64,000 nt of DNA from Squalus acanthias (taxonomy: Eukaryota): NCBI GenBank assembly GCA_030390025.1, contig CM059432.1:66280001-66344000 (forward strand). Reading direction: 5' to 3'. Below the pieces are notes generated by a model. The model was not told the origin of the DNA. It ran no database searches and was given only the letters and a program-made list of their open reading frames with translations. This document shows, piece by piece, positions 48,985 through 61,980 of the stretch (within the stretch, counting starts at the first letter, position 1; every line of letters starts with the position of its first letter). Made by a program: the position numbers and the translations under genes.

Positions 48985-50830
48985 ACATAAAAGGGAATCC
49001 AATAGTCTTCCATAGGCATATAAATAGTAAACGGGTGATAAGAGGAGGGGTGGTACCGATTAGGGACCAAAAAGGAGACCTACACATGGAGGCAGAGAGC
49101 ATGACTGAGGTACTAAATGAGTACTTTGCATCTGTCTTTACCAAGGAAGAAGATGCTGCCAAAGTCATAGTGAAAGAGGAGGTAGTTGAGATACTGGATG
49201 GACTGAAAATTGATAAAGAGGAGGTACTAGAAAGGCTGGCTGTACTTAAAGTAGATAAGTCACCAGAACCAGATTGGATGCATCCTAGGATGCTGAGGGA
49301 AGTAAAGGTGGAAATTGCAAAGGTACTAGCCATAATCTTCCAATCCTCCTTAGATGCAGGGGTGGTACCAGAGAACTGGATAATTGCAAATGTTACACCC
49401 TTCTTCAAAAAAGGGTGTAAGGATAAACCCAGCAACTACAGGCCAATCAGCTTAATCTCGGTGGTGGGGAAGCTTTTAGAAATGATAATCTGGGATAAAA
49501 TTAACAGTCACTTGGACAAGTGTGAACTAATTAAGGAAAGCCAGCATGGATTTGTTAACGGCAAATCATGTTTAACCAACTTGATTGAATTTTTATATGA
49601 GGTAACAGAGAGGGTTGATGAGGGCAAAGCGGTTGATGTGGTGTACATGGACTTCCAAAAAGCATTTGACAAAGTGTCACATAATAGGCTTGCCAGCAAA
49701 GTTGAAGCTCATGGAATAAAAGGGACAGTGATAGCATGGATACGAAATTGGCTAAGTGACAGGAAACAGAGTAGTTGTGAATGGTTGTTTTTCGGACTGG
49801 AGGAAGGTATACAGTGGAGTTCCCCAGGGATCAGTACTAGGACCATTGCTTTTCTTGATATATATTAATGATTTGGACTTAGGTGTACAGGGCACAATTT
49901 CAAAATTTGCAGATGACACAAAACTGGGAAGTATAGTGAACAGTGAAGAAGATAGGGTAGACTTCAAGAGGACATAGACAGGCTGGTGGAATGGGCGGAC
50001 ACATGGTATATGAAGTTTAATGCAGGCAAGTGCGAAGTGATACATTTTGGTAGGAAGAATGAGGAGAGGCAATATAAACTAAAGGATACGATTCTAAAGT
50101 GGGTGCAGGAACAGAGAGACCTGGGGGTATATGTGCAAAAATCGTAGAAGGTGGCAGGACAGGTTGAGAAAGCGATTAATAAAGCATATGGGATCCTGGG
50201 CTTCAAAAATAGAGGCATAGAGTACAAAAGCAAGGAAGTTATGATGAACCTTTCAGAAACACTGGTTCGGCCACGACTGGAGTATTGTGTCCAATTCTGG
50301 GCACCGCACTTTAGGAAGAATGTGAAGGCCTTAGAGAGGGTTAAGAAAAGATTTACGAGAATGGTTCTAGGGATGATGGACTTCAGTTACGTGGATAGAC
50401 TGGAGAAACTGGGATTGTTCTCCTTAGAGCAGAGAAGATTGAGAGGAGATTTGATAGAGGTGCTCAAAATAATGATGTGTCTAGACAGAGTCAATAGAGA
50501 GAAACTGTTCTCATTGATGGAAGGGTCGAGAACCAGAGGGCACAAATTTATGAAGATTGGCAGAAGGTCCAAAGGTGACATGATGAAAAACATTTTTACG
50601 CAGTGAGTGGTTATGATCTGGAATGCACTGCCGGAAAGGGTGGTGGAGGCAGATTTAATCATGGCTTTCAAAAGTGAATTAGATAAGTACCTGAAAGAAA
50701 AGAAATTGCAGGGCTAGGGGGAAAGGGTGGGGGATTGGGACCAGCTGAAGTGCTCTTGCAGAGAGCCAGCACGGGCTCGAAGGGCCAAATGGCCTCCTAC
50801 TGTGCTGTAACCATTCTATGATTCTATGAT
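48985..50830 (+). mobile_element. 5'-truncated CR1, close relative of 18812-24234
   Basis: ORFs 49035-49868, 49756-49977 and 50151-50606. Tail attctatgattctatgat. Confidence 0.95.
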
Positions 50831-51655
50831 TTGAAAAAATCAAATGCAAGTGTTTTAAGGGAGGCATCTGAGCTTAATTTAGAACCAGCACTGAAAGGGC
50901 ATTTGGCCTCAAGCTACAGGCCAGCACTGGTGAAGTACTTTTTTTTCTATAATTAGTACTTGTTGTTGGCATGTATAAGTACAATGACAGCAGTTACTTA
51001 AGATAGTGATGTGAGTGGCATACATGATGTGGGTCTTCCTGGATTCACAGAGTATACCAGAAGGTTAGACTTGTATAAAGTTTTAGAAGGTTGCACTGCT
51101 CAGGTAGAGAATTGCTCAGCTTGAGCATTAAGTAACTACTTTCTGCAGCACACAGAGGGAGAAAAGGTTCCTGGAATGTACTTTCCAGAAGATGGGGAGT
51201 TCACAAGTTGAGACAAACATTTTAGCCTTTTTCCTTTGTTGCTATGAGTATGCTTCACTTCTTTTCTTATATTTCTCACTTTTATTTTACCCGTTTTTTT
51301 GTCTCTTCTTTCCCTTTAAACTACCTGCTCAAACCTTGTATCCTTCCCTGCTCCTTGCTGTACTGTAAATCATCTCAGCCTTAACCTTCCATCCACTCCC
51401 CCCCACCTCCAATTACTGCCCCACAAGGGCAAGTTATGAAACCAGAAGCCACGTCACCCTCAACCAAAATCATTCGTCCCCAGCATTCCTACTCTCATTC
51501 TGTTTCCTCTCATATCCTTTCAGGGTTCAACTTGGTTTTTTTCTTTAAAAAAATCAAATTAGAATGAGATTTTTAGAATTAGAAAGCCTGTCTGTCTTTC
51601 ACTTTCTCTCTCTCTCTCTCTCTTGGTCTCATAGGTGTCAGAGATTAGAATCTAT

Positions 51656-52460
51656 GGCCACGATTTTGCCAGGGCTTAGCAGACCCAATTGGTGGCAGGT
51701 AAGCTGTGAAATTTAAAATGATTGACAGCGGGTTGGGAACCTTGTGTGCTGTTAGTTGATATGATTGGACTAGGATGAGGGTGAGTGTGAGGGGTGGCTA
51801 GTGAGATGGGGAAATGATAATGTAGATAGAGAGGGAAGGGTGGAGGTGCAAGGTAAGTTGGTGTGAGTAAGGATGTGCAGGAGTAGGGTAGGGAAGGCAG
51901 AGTGATGGGGATATGATGAGTGGCACTGCAGGATGAGGTTGAGTGTGGCTTTGCAGTAACGTTTCATGATCTACTGAGATCATTGAAAGGTTTGCGCCAC
52001 TGCAGCCTTGTCCTCCTGACAACATCCCTGCTTCTGTCCCCCTGTGCAATGTGCAACCAAGCTGTGTTGGTCTCCTGGGGAGGTGTCTTCTGCCCATTGG
52101 AAGGGAAGAGACCTCCCTGCATGCTGTGACTCCCTCTATAAGCATATGGAGGGAGTCATGGGAGAGCCTGGGTGCAGCCGTGCACCTTTGTGCAGTGCTT
52201 GTCAGTTTTTGCAGCACCTCAATGCTGTAAAACACTGACAGCTCAAATGTCAAAGTAAATTTGCGCATGGTCCCTTTAAGGAAACCGGCTGATGACGTGT
52301 CATCAAATGACGTCATCAGACCTGCTTCCTTCAATTGGCCGGGAAACTCGCTGGGCGAGCTTAACAAGTCCAATCAGGAGAAAGTCATGCCAGATGCCGG
52401 GATGGAGCCAACAGCGAGGCGGGGGCCCGCCACCGATATCGCTCGCCACGGACCGCCGAG
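51656..52460 (-). mobile_element. Deletion derivative of the 6128-7852 Harbinger family
   Basis: Terminus ggccacgattttgcc after TAT. Reverse complement of ~51770-52460 aligns by eye with ~6145-6840. Confidence 0.82.
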
Positions 52461-52819
52461 GTAGGGATAATCACAACCTATGTCTTACAGGTGTAAGTGA
52501 TAAGCATCGACCTTTTCTAACCATCAACCAAACACAGGTGCAGATACTTAGCTTAAAAATTGAACAGGTGTTTTATTTTAAATTGAAGATACATTATAAC
52601 AAATAAAGATATACAGTCACTCTCGTTCCCTTCTCTGTCACTCTTACTCTTCTCAGCTTAATATATTTTCTAAAATTTATAGAAAAAAAATCTATTGCAG
52701 ATGGATAATCAGAGCACTGTCAATTTTTCTCTCTCACTCACACACAAACACACATAACCTCTTTGTTTAAAAAAATACAGCTCTTTGTTTTAAATAAAAA
52801 TCAAATATCTCACTAGCTA

Positions 52820-53989
52820 CCACTAACACTCTCCCTTCTTTCTTGCAGGGCAAGCTTGCAAGCAATAACAGAGATGAGGGAGAGTGTCCATTTAGGTCCT
52901 TTCCCAAGTCAAGGAGGATGTCACAGAGACCGTGGGAATGGGTTGCGTCAGGTGCGTGGAGAGCGGTAAGGCTGGAGGACATGTCCTGCAGGGTTCTTGA
53001 CTGTCTATATTCTTTCTCTACTAACTGACACCTTCATACACTATCCAAAACAAAGTTCAGTTGCATTTAGCAATCAGTCATCTGTCTCTGTTGATCCTTG
53101 ACACTAAATGCTAAACCTTGTCCCTTTCTTCCCTTTCAGATGAAGCAAATGTAGAGCACCCAGAGACTGAGGAGCTGGAAGAGGGCAGCACGCAAGATGA
53201 CACAGCGTCACTCAATCTTACCTTAACAAGTCCTAGCTCAAAGACTGTCACTGCAAGTACTATACAGGATAGGCTAGAGCAGTCTGCACTGGAAGACTCA
53301 TCCAGAACTCGTGCACAGGAGCATGGGCGGGAGAAGGGACAACCCAAGAAACTGATTGCTGGAGGAAGAGCTTGCACCCTAGCCCTGCTGTAGAAGACAC
53401 AGATGAAGATCTAGAGAGCACAGCCCACTTCAAAAAACTGATTTCTATACACCAGATCCTTTTAAGTGCACTGGGCAGCCTGCCAGGATATTTGTGCACA
53501 ATGGCAGAGAGCATGGAGAAGTCCAGCTCCAGCTCTAACTTGTGTGGGGTCATCCAGCATGGCATTCAGACCATGCAACCAACCATGGAGCGAGTGGCCA
53601 GCTCTATGAACACTGCAGTGGGGCCGACAATGATGGAGCCTTTGGTGACAGCTCTGACAGCTTCTCTGGGAGCTCAGAATGCTGCTATCATGGCTTTGGG
53701 GTATAGCATCTCCTCAGGCTTTCAATCCATGAAGAACATGAATAGGGGCTTCCAGAGCATCAGTACACACCTGACTCTATTCTCAAAATGGTCCTAATTC
53801 AAGTGCTGGACTTCTACTTGCATATTTTAATGAGGCCAGCATTAATTTCAAGTAGCCGCCAGGGAGGCCTAAGTAATGCCATCGCATTTCATGAGCACTT
53901 CAAACACAACATATGCCAAAGTGAAATTAGTATGTGAAATGGTGATTTAGCACCAGAAAACTGGGCAAAATGCCATTGAATTTCTACCC
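52820..53989 (+). mobile_element. Harbinger remnant: Myb gene exon 2/3 fragments and right terminus
   Basis: ttcttgcag|GKLASN and cctttcag|D acceptors. ORF 53372-53797 MAESMEKSS...MERVASSM resembles exon 3 of the other copies. Ends gaatttctaccc. Confidence 0.65.
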
Positions 53990-54029
53990 TTTCAATTTTA
54001 CGTCTACATCTTCCAAGTGCATGCCAGTG

Positions 54030-54590
54030 ATGTGGAACTCAACTTTACCACTCTACTAGCGGGCCTCCCTACCTCAACCTTCAACAAGTTGCGACTCATT
54101 CAAAATGGCACAGCTTGCGTCCTCACTCACACAAAGTCCCATAGTACCCAGGACCAACTCTCCAAACACCACTGGCTCTCCATGTCCCAGGAAGTTCATT
54201 TCAAAACTTTTATCCATGCTTTCAACCCTCCATACCCTTCCTCACCATACCTTTCTGATCATTTCCAGGCTTACATTTCTGGGTATGCACGCCCAATGCA
54301 CTGCTTGTTGCCTGTTCCCTCTGCACTGCCAGTGGTGGATGTTCGTTCAACCACTACGTTCCTCTCCTTTGGAACTTTCTGGTTAGTTTCTTCTTGCCAA
54401 ACTACATCCCTCCATGCTTGCAATAATATGCTTAAAATCCCTCTTCTCTACCATGACTTTCTCCCCACCATCATTTTCATGGTTTCCTTTATTTCCCTCC
54501 TTCTGTCATCCACTGTGTTTTTCCTCCTTACGGTAAAGTGTTTTGTTTTCCTGCACATGAGGACTGCTACAGAAATGCAAGTTATTGTTG
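54030..54590 (+). mobile_element. Old L2-like LINE 3' end
   Basis: LLAGLP...KLRLIQNGTACVLT...HWL...FK motif. Tail agaaatgcaagttattgttg. Confidence 0.65.
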
Positions 54591-54874
54591 ACACTATGAA
54601 CATTCATCCCTTTTGTTGAATAAACAAACATGTGGATGACAATGTTTACCTTACTTGGTGTGGTTCAAATCAGACAACTTATTTAGGGTAACTTTCTAGC
54701 TTTGAACTTCCAGCCACAACCTCGCCAACCAGGAGCTTATTTTAAAAATATTGATGTGCTCTGTGCCTCTGTGCATGATTTTCTAACTATTTAAATCATT
54801 GTGGGTCATTTTGCCCACTTCTGGGATTTTTGACCAGAAGTGATGTCAAGCATGTCATGTGTCTGCTCCAATGT

Positions 54875-55369
54875 GGGCTGGATTATCATAATAGGTCGCA
54901 AGCAACGGGATGACAACATGCAACGTATTTCCCATCATTGTCATCTTCGAAAATATCCTGGCACCCGGTATTGCTAAGAATTGTGGGGAATGGATTTAAA
55001 ATGTAAAGCGCCGCTTTGACTAAAGGGGAAATCTTTAAAATTGTCTGGAAGTTTTATCCTCTTCAGCTGACCGTGTTGGCCATGCTACCGAGCAGGAAGG
55101 CATTGGAGCACGTGCCATGCCTCACACCCACCCCTCACCCCTCACCCTGAGGCAGGCACGCCAAACTTGGTGGCAACCTCAATATTCTAATGACCCTGAC
55201 CCCAGGAAATGGGCCTGGGTCACAGGCCCACCTGACAGGCAGTTGAAAGTACCACTGTGCTCCAGTCCTGATGACAGAGCAGGAGCTGAGGATAATCCAG
55301 GCCATTATCGCTGTTAGCGTTTATTCCATAATGGTTTTAGCAAAATGGTATCATCTGAGAACTCAGCCA
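54875..55369. mobile_element. Probable degraded Harbinger-type MITE
   Basis: Ends gggctggattat / agaactcagcca with TGT on both sides. Confidence 0.45.
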
Positions 55370-55689
55370 TGTATTTGTGTTGTCAAACCTCTCATTTTGC
55401 TTGGCTACAGAGTAATCTAAGTATTCTTTTTTCAAATGTGAACACAACCAGGATTTGAAAAACATTAAAATGATTTCCGGCATCCGCAGTATTTTGCTTT
55501 TATATTTGAAAAACATTACTTTACCTTGCAGTTAGTCTCATTTTCAGTTTCCACAAAACGTGTCAGTCTTGATCTCAGGCCGAGTGAGACCTAAACGTTC
55601 TTGAGATCTTACATCCAAACCTTTTAGAATTCTTCTTTCTCAATTTTCCTGCATTAACAAATAATAAATTAATAGCTAAGCAACACAAT

Positions 55690-56310
55690 GGGGATGATTC
55701 AAGCTGACAGTGGGCGGCTCGACTGCACCGCCGGCCTGATGTGGGGCCATGGGGAAACCTCATCGATTTTGGAATTTGGGCCTCACCATAAGAAAATCGG
55801 CATGTTGCCAGTGCTAAATGAGCATTGACAGGCAGGTTGCCAATAGGAGGGGCGGGGGGGTGGGGGGAGGAGCCATCAAATCTAATGGCTCCTTCGTAAA
55901 GCCGAGCCAGCAGCGGGCAGAATGATTTTCGGGGAATTAGACGGAGCACGCTCCTCTTGGCCTCCCAAAAATCATTCAATCTTACCCTTACTGCTTTTGG
56001 AATGGTCTTCAGCAGTCCCTTGAAAGCCTGCTAGTTAGGCCGCTCTATGTCTAGTTCCAGTGGGCGGGGCTTGTGCAGTGTGTGCTCCACCCAATGGAAG
56101 AGCAGAATTGCATCAAGGTCCTAAATATATATCATAAGACCCTGATTTAAATATATTCATGAGGCTCCGGCCCATTTCGGGCCCACTCCAAAATTGCAGC
56201 GGGTTCTAAGATTGTGGGGCATAGGCTGGAAGTTTTTATGCTGATATTTGTCTTGCTACCATCCTGTTCCTGCTGAAAAATGGGGCAGTAGTGAGACGAA
56301 TATTAGTCCC
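55690..56310. mobile_element. Probable Harbinger-type MITE
   Basis: Ends ggggatgattc / gaatattagtccc with AAT on both sides. Confidence 0.55.
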
Positions 56311-56354
56311 AATACCTTTCAGCAAATTGACTCTATTTTGGGAGTCAATTTGTT

Positions 56355-57102
56355 GGCCGAGAGTTTCGGCTAGGGTCACAATCGGAAAATGCACCTGGAA
56401 TACGCTGGACACTACATCGGTTTTGCCGAGGTGAGGCTACGCCCAGGTTTCTGCTCAAACTCATTTGCATAAGCCCGAATGTAAAATCTCCCATAAATTA
56501 GCGTAATCGAACAGCGGTGTCGATCATAATCGATTATTGACTGGAACATGGCCAATGGGGCCTCAAAACTATTGAATTAAACTAATTTAAACTGAACATT
56601 TGTTCAAATAATTGCTGCAGCTGAAGAAACAGGCCCATCAGTGATTTCAATTGACTGATGGTCATCGGTCTTATGCAGCAACGGCAGATCAATGGACTGA
56701 ATTTGAACTCATTTAAACGGAATGTAAAATAATTTAAAATAATTGTAGCATCAGACCTGAGTGAGGCTTTAATTGACTGCTGGTCACTGCACCTGCTGGT
56801 CATTGATGATGGATTAAAGTGATCACGGGTGCCTGTCTGACCGAAATTCTAGGCATAATATGATGAACACGCCCAAACGGGCGCATTCGGCAGAAACTCG
56901 CCATTCTGACCTGGGGACGTGGTCAGTTTTGTGGGCAGGGATTGCTTTGGGCGAATTGACTTTTGAACCAGTGGAAACTCAAGCGTAAATGATTATGGGC
57001 ATAACTCACTTACATTTCAATTCCACAATCTTTTGCGCTATTTAAGTCAATTCTGCCCAGATTGTGCTGATATCTAGGCAGAAAACATGGAAACTCCAGG
57101 CC
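56355..57102. mobile_element. Harbinger-type MITE related to 9633-11862
   Basis: TIR ggccgagagtttc / gaaactccaggcc. TSD GTT (56352-56354, 57103-57105). Shared cacaatcgg and catttgcataa segments. Confidence 0.78.
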
Positions 57103-57445
57103 GTTATTTTTATCAAGATGACATGTCAGTGCTGGAGAATTGAGCAATTTGTTTACCATTGGCATTCACAGGTCATAGTTAAGTCTGCAGGACACGTAAG
57201 ACACGTATGACATTATTGGAGCAGAATAAGGCGTCATCCGCAAAAATGGCAATGATGTGCTTTTAACCCAATACACCCACCCTACCCCTGGCCACTGTAT
57301 AAATTTGAAGGTCCCAAAAAAATGAGGGGAGATCAATTATCTTCTGAATTGAGGCCCTGGGTTCCCTACATGGAAGTATGTTTTTTTTAATCCTAATATT
57401 CAGCCTGATAAGGGTTTTGGCCTCCCCACATCTAAGTCACAGTTG

Positions 57446-57870
57446 ATTTTTTTTTTAATTTGTTTATGGGATGTGGGTGTCGCTGGCAAGGTCAGCATTT
57501 ATTGCCCATCCTTAATTGCCCTTGAGAAGGTGGTGGTGAGACAACTGAGTGGCTTGCTCTAGGCCACTTCAGAGGGCAGTTAAGAGTCAACCACATTGCT
57601 ATGGGTCTGGAGTCACATATAGACCAGACCAGGTAAGGACAGCAGATTTCCTTCCCTAAAGGACATTAGTGAACCAGATGGGCTTTTACAATAATCCAAT
57701 AGTTTCATGGTTACCATTACTGATAATAGCTTTTTTATTCCAGATTTATTTAATTAACTGAATTTACATTCCCCAGCTGCTGTGGTGGGGTTTGAATTCA
57801 TGTCTCTGGATCATTAGTCCAGGCCTACTAGATTACTAGCCTAGTGACATTACCACTACACTACCGTTCC
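57446..57870 (-). mobile_element. tRNA-derived SINE with a LINE-derived 3' tail
   Basis: Minus-strand head gggaacggtagtgtagtggtaa (A box) and gaattcaaaccc (B-box-like). The 3' ~85 bp match the LINE end at ~47295-47380. Confidence 0.8.
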
Positions 57871-60533
57871 CTATCCAGCACCTCTTCAGGGTGAGTGCTT
57901 CTCTGGAGCTTCTCCAGACACATGCTGCTAACCCCAAATATTAAAATGATCTCAGCTGGGACTGGGACAACGGCCATTCCAAGCAACAGATGGAAATCCA
58001 GCCCTGCTGCCCTTCTAGTGGCAGAGCAGGGAGCCAGCAACTTTGGGCCCTATTGGAGGATACTATAGTCAAATACAATTCAAGGTCCTCTGAAGTCAGC
58101 TGTGAAAAAGGACACTATACATAGGCATTATTGCACGGAATTCTAGTGAGAAATTAATCACATGTTCTATGGATTCTGAGCATCTGCTAATGCTCTAACA
58201 GCATATAGTTGAATTTGCTCCTAGAACAGAACCCCTTTATCTTGACTTATTCCCACATCAATTAACCTTCCTCCATTTTTCAATATAATGAAGCGACAAC
58301 AGCTCCTATTTTAGCCTTAGCTTTTTTTTTAATCAAACATATAAAGTAAAAGCAGAAATTCCCCAATTCGTCACAACAGGCTTACTTCCATAATTCCTCA
58401 CATACCAAGTTCCCAGTCTAGGTAGAGTCATCGGGCCAGGCACTTCCTCAGAGAAAGAAAATTCAATTCGATAAGACCACTGTTGGAGGATTCTGTAAAC
58501 GTTGCTGAAACTTCTTTTTCACTGTTAAGAAGTTGATTCTCTTTCCTTTTAAGTTTCTCTGCAATCTGGATCGTTCTCTGGCTAGAAGAGATGGCAAGCA
58601 TCTTCCTCCTATCCTCTCTTAACCCTACTCTATACCAAGCCTTCACTCTGTATTGTTCCTTAACACAATAGGCTAACTTAGAAACTTGATGGTATAGGAA
58701 AATGCAGCTATGAAACCTATCTTTCACCATTCAGTGGGACTGCATGTTGAAGGACCAATACACTGCACAGTCATCCAGCTTAATGATGGATATATATGGG
58801 GGAGCGCATAACTTCCATGTACTTTGCAGTGGCCAGTTACCACGTACTAAGGTCCAAGGACTAAGAGCAGCTCATCTGCCCATTCATTTGCTCAGGGAAT
58901 GTTACACACCATGAATTGAAGACTTAAGGGGGAAATCATTTCCAAAAGAGAATTAAAAACACAAATAACAGACTGCAAATAACTTTTGTATTTTCTTAGT
59001 TTGCTTACTATTCATTTCTCAACACTGCTTATATGAATTGCCGCACTTATATGAGTGTGTGCATACTATCCTTGAAATGATTTTCATATAATGCCATATC
59101 ACATTCTAAACACTGGAACTAGTTTTCCCTTGGAATGTTGTATGAAGAGAATATCCAAAGTATAAGCCCACCCTCCCCAGCAGCAGCCTCAGTAGTACTT
59201 ACACAGCTTGCAGGTGCACCGAAACTATTCAGCAGGGAGAACAAAGCACACCATCTCTTTTTGTCTTTAACTCTTACATTTAGATAATTAATTTTGATCA
59301 CAAGATGAATGAGAATGAGGGGGGCATTTTGTCCATCTCAGCTCATCCATCCAAAAAGACAAATTTATCTCAGGCTCAAACCACACAAAGGTTTGCACTG
59401 ATTATGCTTTCCTGACATCAGTCCTAAATTTGCCCTTCACCATTTTGAACCTATTCTCCTTTGTCCTACTATCATGGTTTATGTTGAAGCTCGAAGTTTA
59501 CATTTTATATACTGTTTAATGTTTTATGTACTTCTATAAGATTTCACTTCTGTTGACTTCTTTCAAGGCTAAAAGTGTCACAGTTTTTCTAATATATGTA
59601 TTGCTACACTTGTGATTTGTCAGGTTATCTGACTCTAGGATATAAATTATGTTCCATAGCTATTCACGGCTATCCTCTGTATAAGAATCATTTCTTAAGT
59701 TGTGCTCCCAGCGGGGAGCCTCGGCCATTGGCTGCACATATCAAAAATTTGGGAACAATTTTCCAGCATTAATTATATTAACGCTGGCTCCGAATCAATT
59801 TTCATCCAATGAAAAATCAATTTTAACTAAAAACGATAAAATTTACATAATTGTTTTTTGTGTCAATGTTAAATATATAAAATCCAGTTCACGGTGTGAC
59901 TTCCCAATATCTGATACAAAACCTTTGCAAAACTAAAGGGACAGTGTAAGAATTTCGTTTTATGGCCACCGACAAGCAGTTTTGAAAGGAAAGATCCATT
60001 TAATGTTACTCTACCCGTAACAACAACAAACATTTGGCCGTGACATTCTTTCAGTACTCTTGGATTTTATTTTCTTCAATCTTTCCCCGATTGACAGTTT
60101 TAACTTCATCCTTAAAAAACGCTTCTGTTACTCCTAATCAGTTCATCCATTTAAAATTCCAAACAAAATGTTTACCTCAATAAGCAACTAATATTTTTTC
60201 ATCAAAGCAGGGAGAAGTCCTAATTCCGCTGATGGTTTGCCTACGGCAATATTTTTACTGGAATCACATTCCTTGGAACAGGAATAGGCTGGTAATATTC
60301 ATCTTCATAAGGGGTGGGTTGCAGCTTAATAGGGATCATACGCAGTGTTTAGAATCAACATTTAAACATAAAAAAACAAATAAAAGTTTCTTCACCTACG
60401 TTTTCTAAAGTCCTTCCAGTTTTAAAGTGACGAGAATTATCGTCTATTTGCTACTTTGAGACCGAAGTTGTCGACACCACGCCCTCCTGTGGTTACGGGG
60501 CTAAGGCACAACCTCTACTAATTGATCTCTTAC

Positions 60534-60800
60534 CTGGTCTCACTAGGATTTGGGGGAGAGGAGAGGGAAGGGGAAGGGATTTTTTTTAAAGTTCCCAGTG
60601 GGTTTACAAAGTTTCCCAACCGGTCTGGCTATATATAATTCAGCTAATCGAGAGCAGCCAGATCCTGCCTCAGTCCAGTTCTGAACAGGCTGAGCGTGGC
60701 AGTGACTGGAGCCAAGTTTTGTACACAAGAGGGGAAACAAAACTGAACCAACAGCCAGCCAGTCACCTGGTGAACACCATCCGCAATCTACCGCAAGGAG
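60534..60800 (-). promoter_or_regulatory. Candidate host promoter / first non-coding exon
   Basis: Repeat-poor region with some retained CpG. CTATATATAA at 60629-60638 (TATA/MEF2-like). Consensus donor CAG|GTAAGA on minus at 60534/60533. Confidence 0.3.
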
Positions 60801-61229
60801 AATGAAGAAACTTTCCGAAGTTTCGCCTCTCCCCCCAACTTGTTACACTAAACAACAACAATAAAAAAAACAGAGCCCTGTTTGAGCGGAATCCTTTTAA
60901 TGCAGGAGTTGCCTTAGGAAATCTAAATTCAGATATATTTACATAGTTGGTGCAGAAAATAAATGATTTCATCATTTAAAAATAAAATAGATTTTTAAAA
61001 ACTGTTACTTTTCCTTATTAACATCAAATGTGACGGACTATGTCCACACAGTAACACGGCAGTTTATAGAGTTCAAGCAGAATAATGATCCCTATTTCGG
61101 TCGAATCTCAATGAATCGTCCCACCAAGAGCTCTCTAAGTGTGTGTGTGGGGCTGTATACTGGCGGTGTCTCGGCACTGGAGAGCTGGCAGGGTCAGAGT
61201 AATCGGACCGAGCTCAGGCTCGGGGTGTC

Positions 61230-61980
61230 GCTGCCCATCCACCAGACTCGGAGCCTGTTCCTGTTCCTCAGGCTCTCTGTGCCTACCTCACTCGCAGTCT
61301 GTCAGGTTTTCTGGCACCGCTCAGGACTCTCTGTCTTCATCACAGTCTCTCAAACCCCATGTCCCTCTCTCACTCCCTATCTTTTTCTCTCAGTTTGCCT
61401 GTCCCGATCCATCTCCTCTTTCCGATTCCCTCCCTGTGCCTGACACTCTGCCCTTGTCTGAGGCTCTCTGTCCCTGTCTCTGCCAGACTCTCTCCCTTTC
61501 CTCTCAGTCCCTATCTTATGTCCTTTTCTTTCAGACTCTCCTTCCTTGTTTTTCCAGACAATTTGTCCCTGCCTCTCAGACCTTCTATCCCCAAGGCTTA
61601 GTTTCCCTGCTACCGACGTACCAGCTTCCTTTTCCTGGGGCTGACACGGTCCCTGAGATTCTGCCCGTTTTTATTTTTGTCTCTGTTCCTCTCTCTGATC
61701 CTCTTCCTTTTCTTTATCGTTATACCAGTCTGCCTCGTTTCTCCCTGACTATTCCAATCTATTTCCCTCTCGACTGTTTCTATTTCTCCCTGTCCTTGTT
61801 TGTCGCGGACTATATGCCCGTCCCTTTAATATTCCTGTTTCTCTGTATCTCCTCAATTTCTGCCTGTCCATATCAGTCCACGTGTCTCTATTTCGATCTG
61901 TGTCTCTGCTCAGTCCCCTCTCCCTTTCTTGCTCTCTCTGTCTTTTAGTCCTTGTTCTTCACCGTCTCTGTCCCCTTCAT
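61230..61980. repeat. Low-complexity polypyrimidine (CT-rich) tract
   Basis: Dominated by tctc/ctgtc/tccc units with strong strand asymmetry. Confidence 0.8.

Noticed and set aside
56323..56352. 11-bp perfect hairpin caaattgactc/gagtcaatttg
   Set aside because: A single short instance between two MITEs, compatible with chance or a transposon scar.
58428..58730. 100-aa ORF in unique sequence as a host exon
   Set aside because: No recognisable domain and no convincing splice-site pair. It cannot be supported without homology data. The same applies to 62102-62347 and 62943-63164.
61139..61948. 269-aa ORF
   Set aside because: An S/L/P/F/C-rich product of a CT-rich low-complexity tract that lacks stops by composition.
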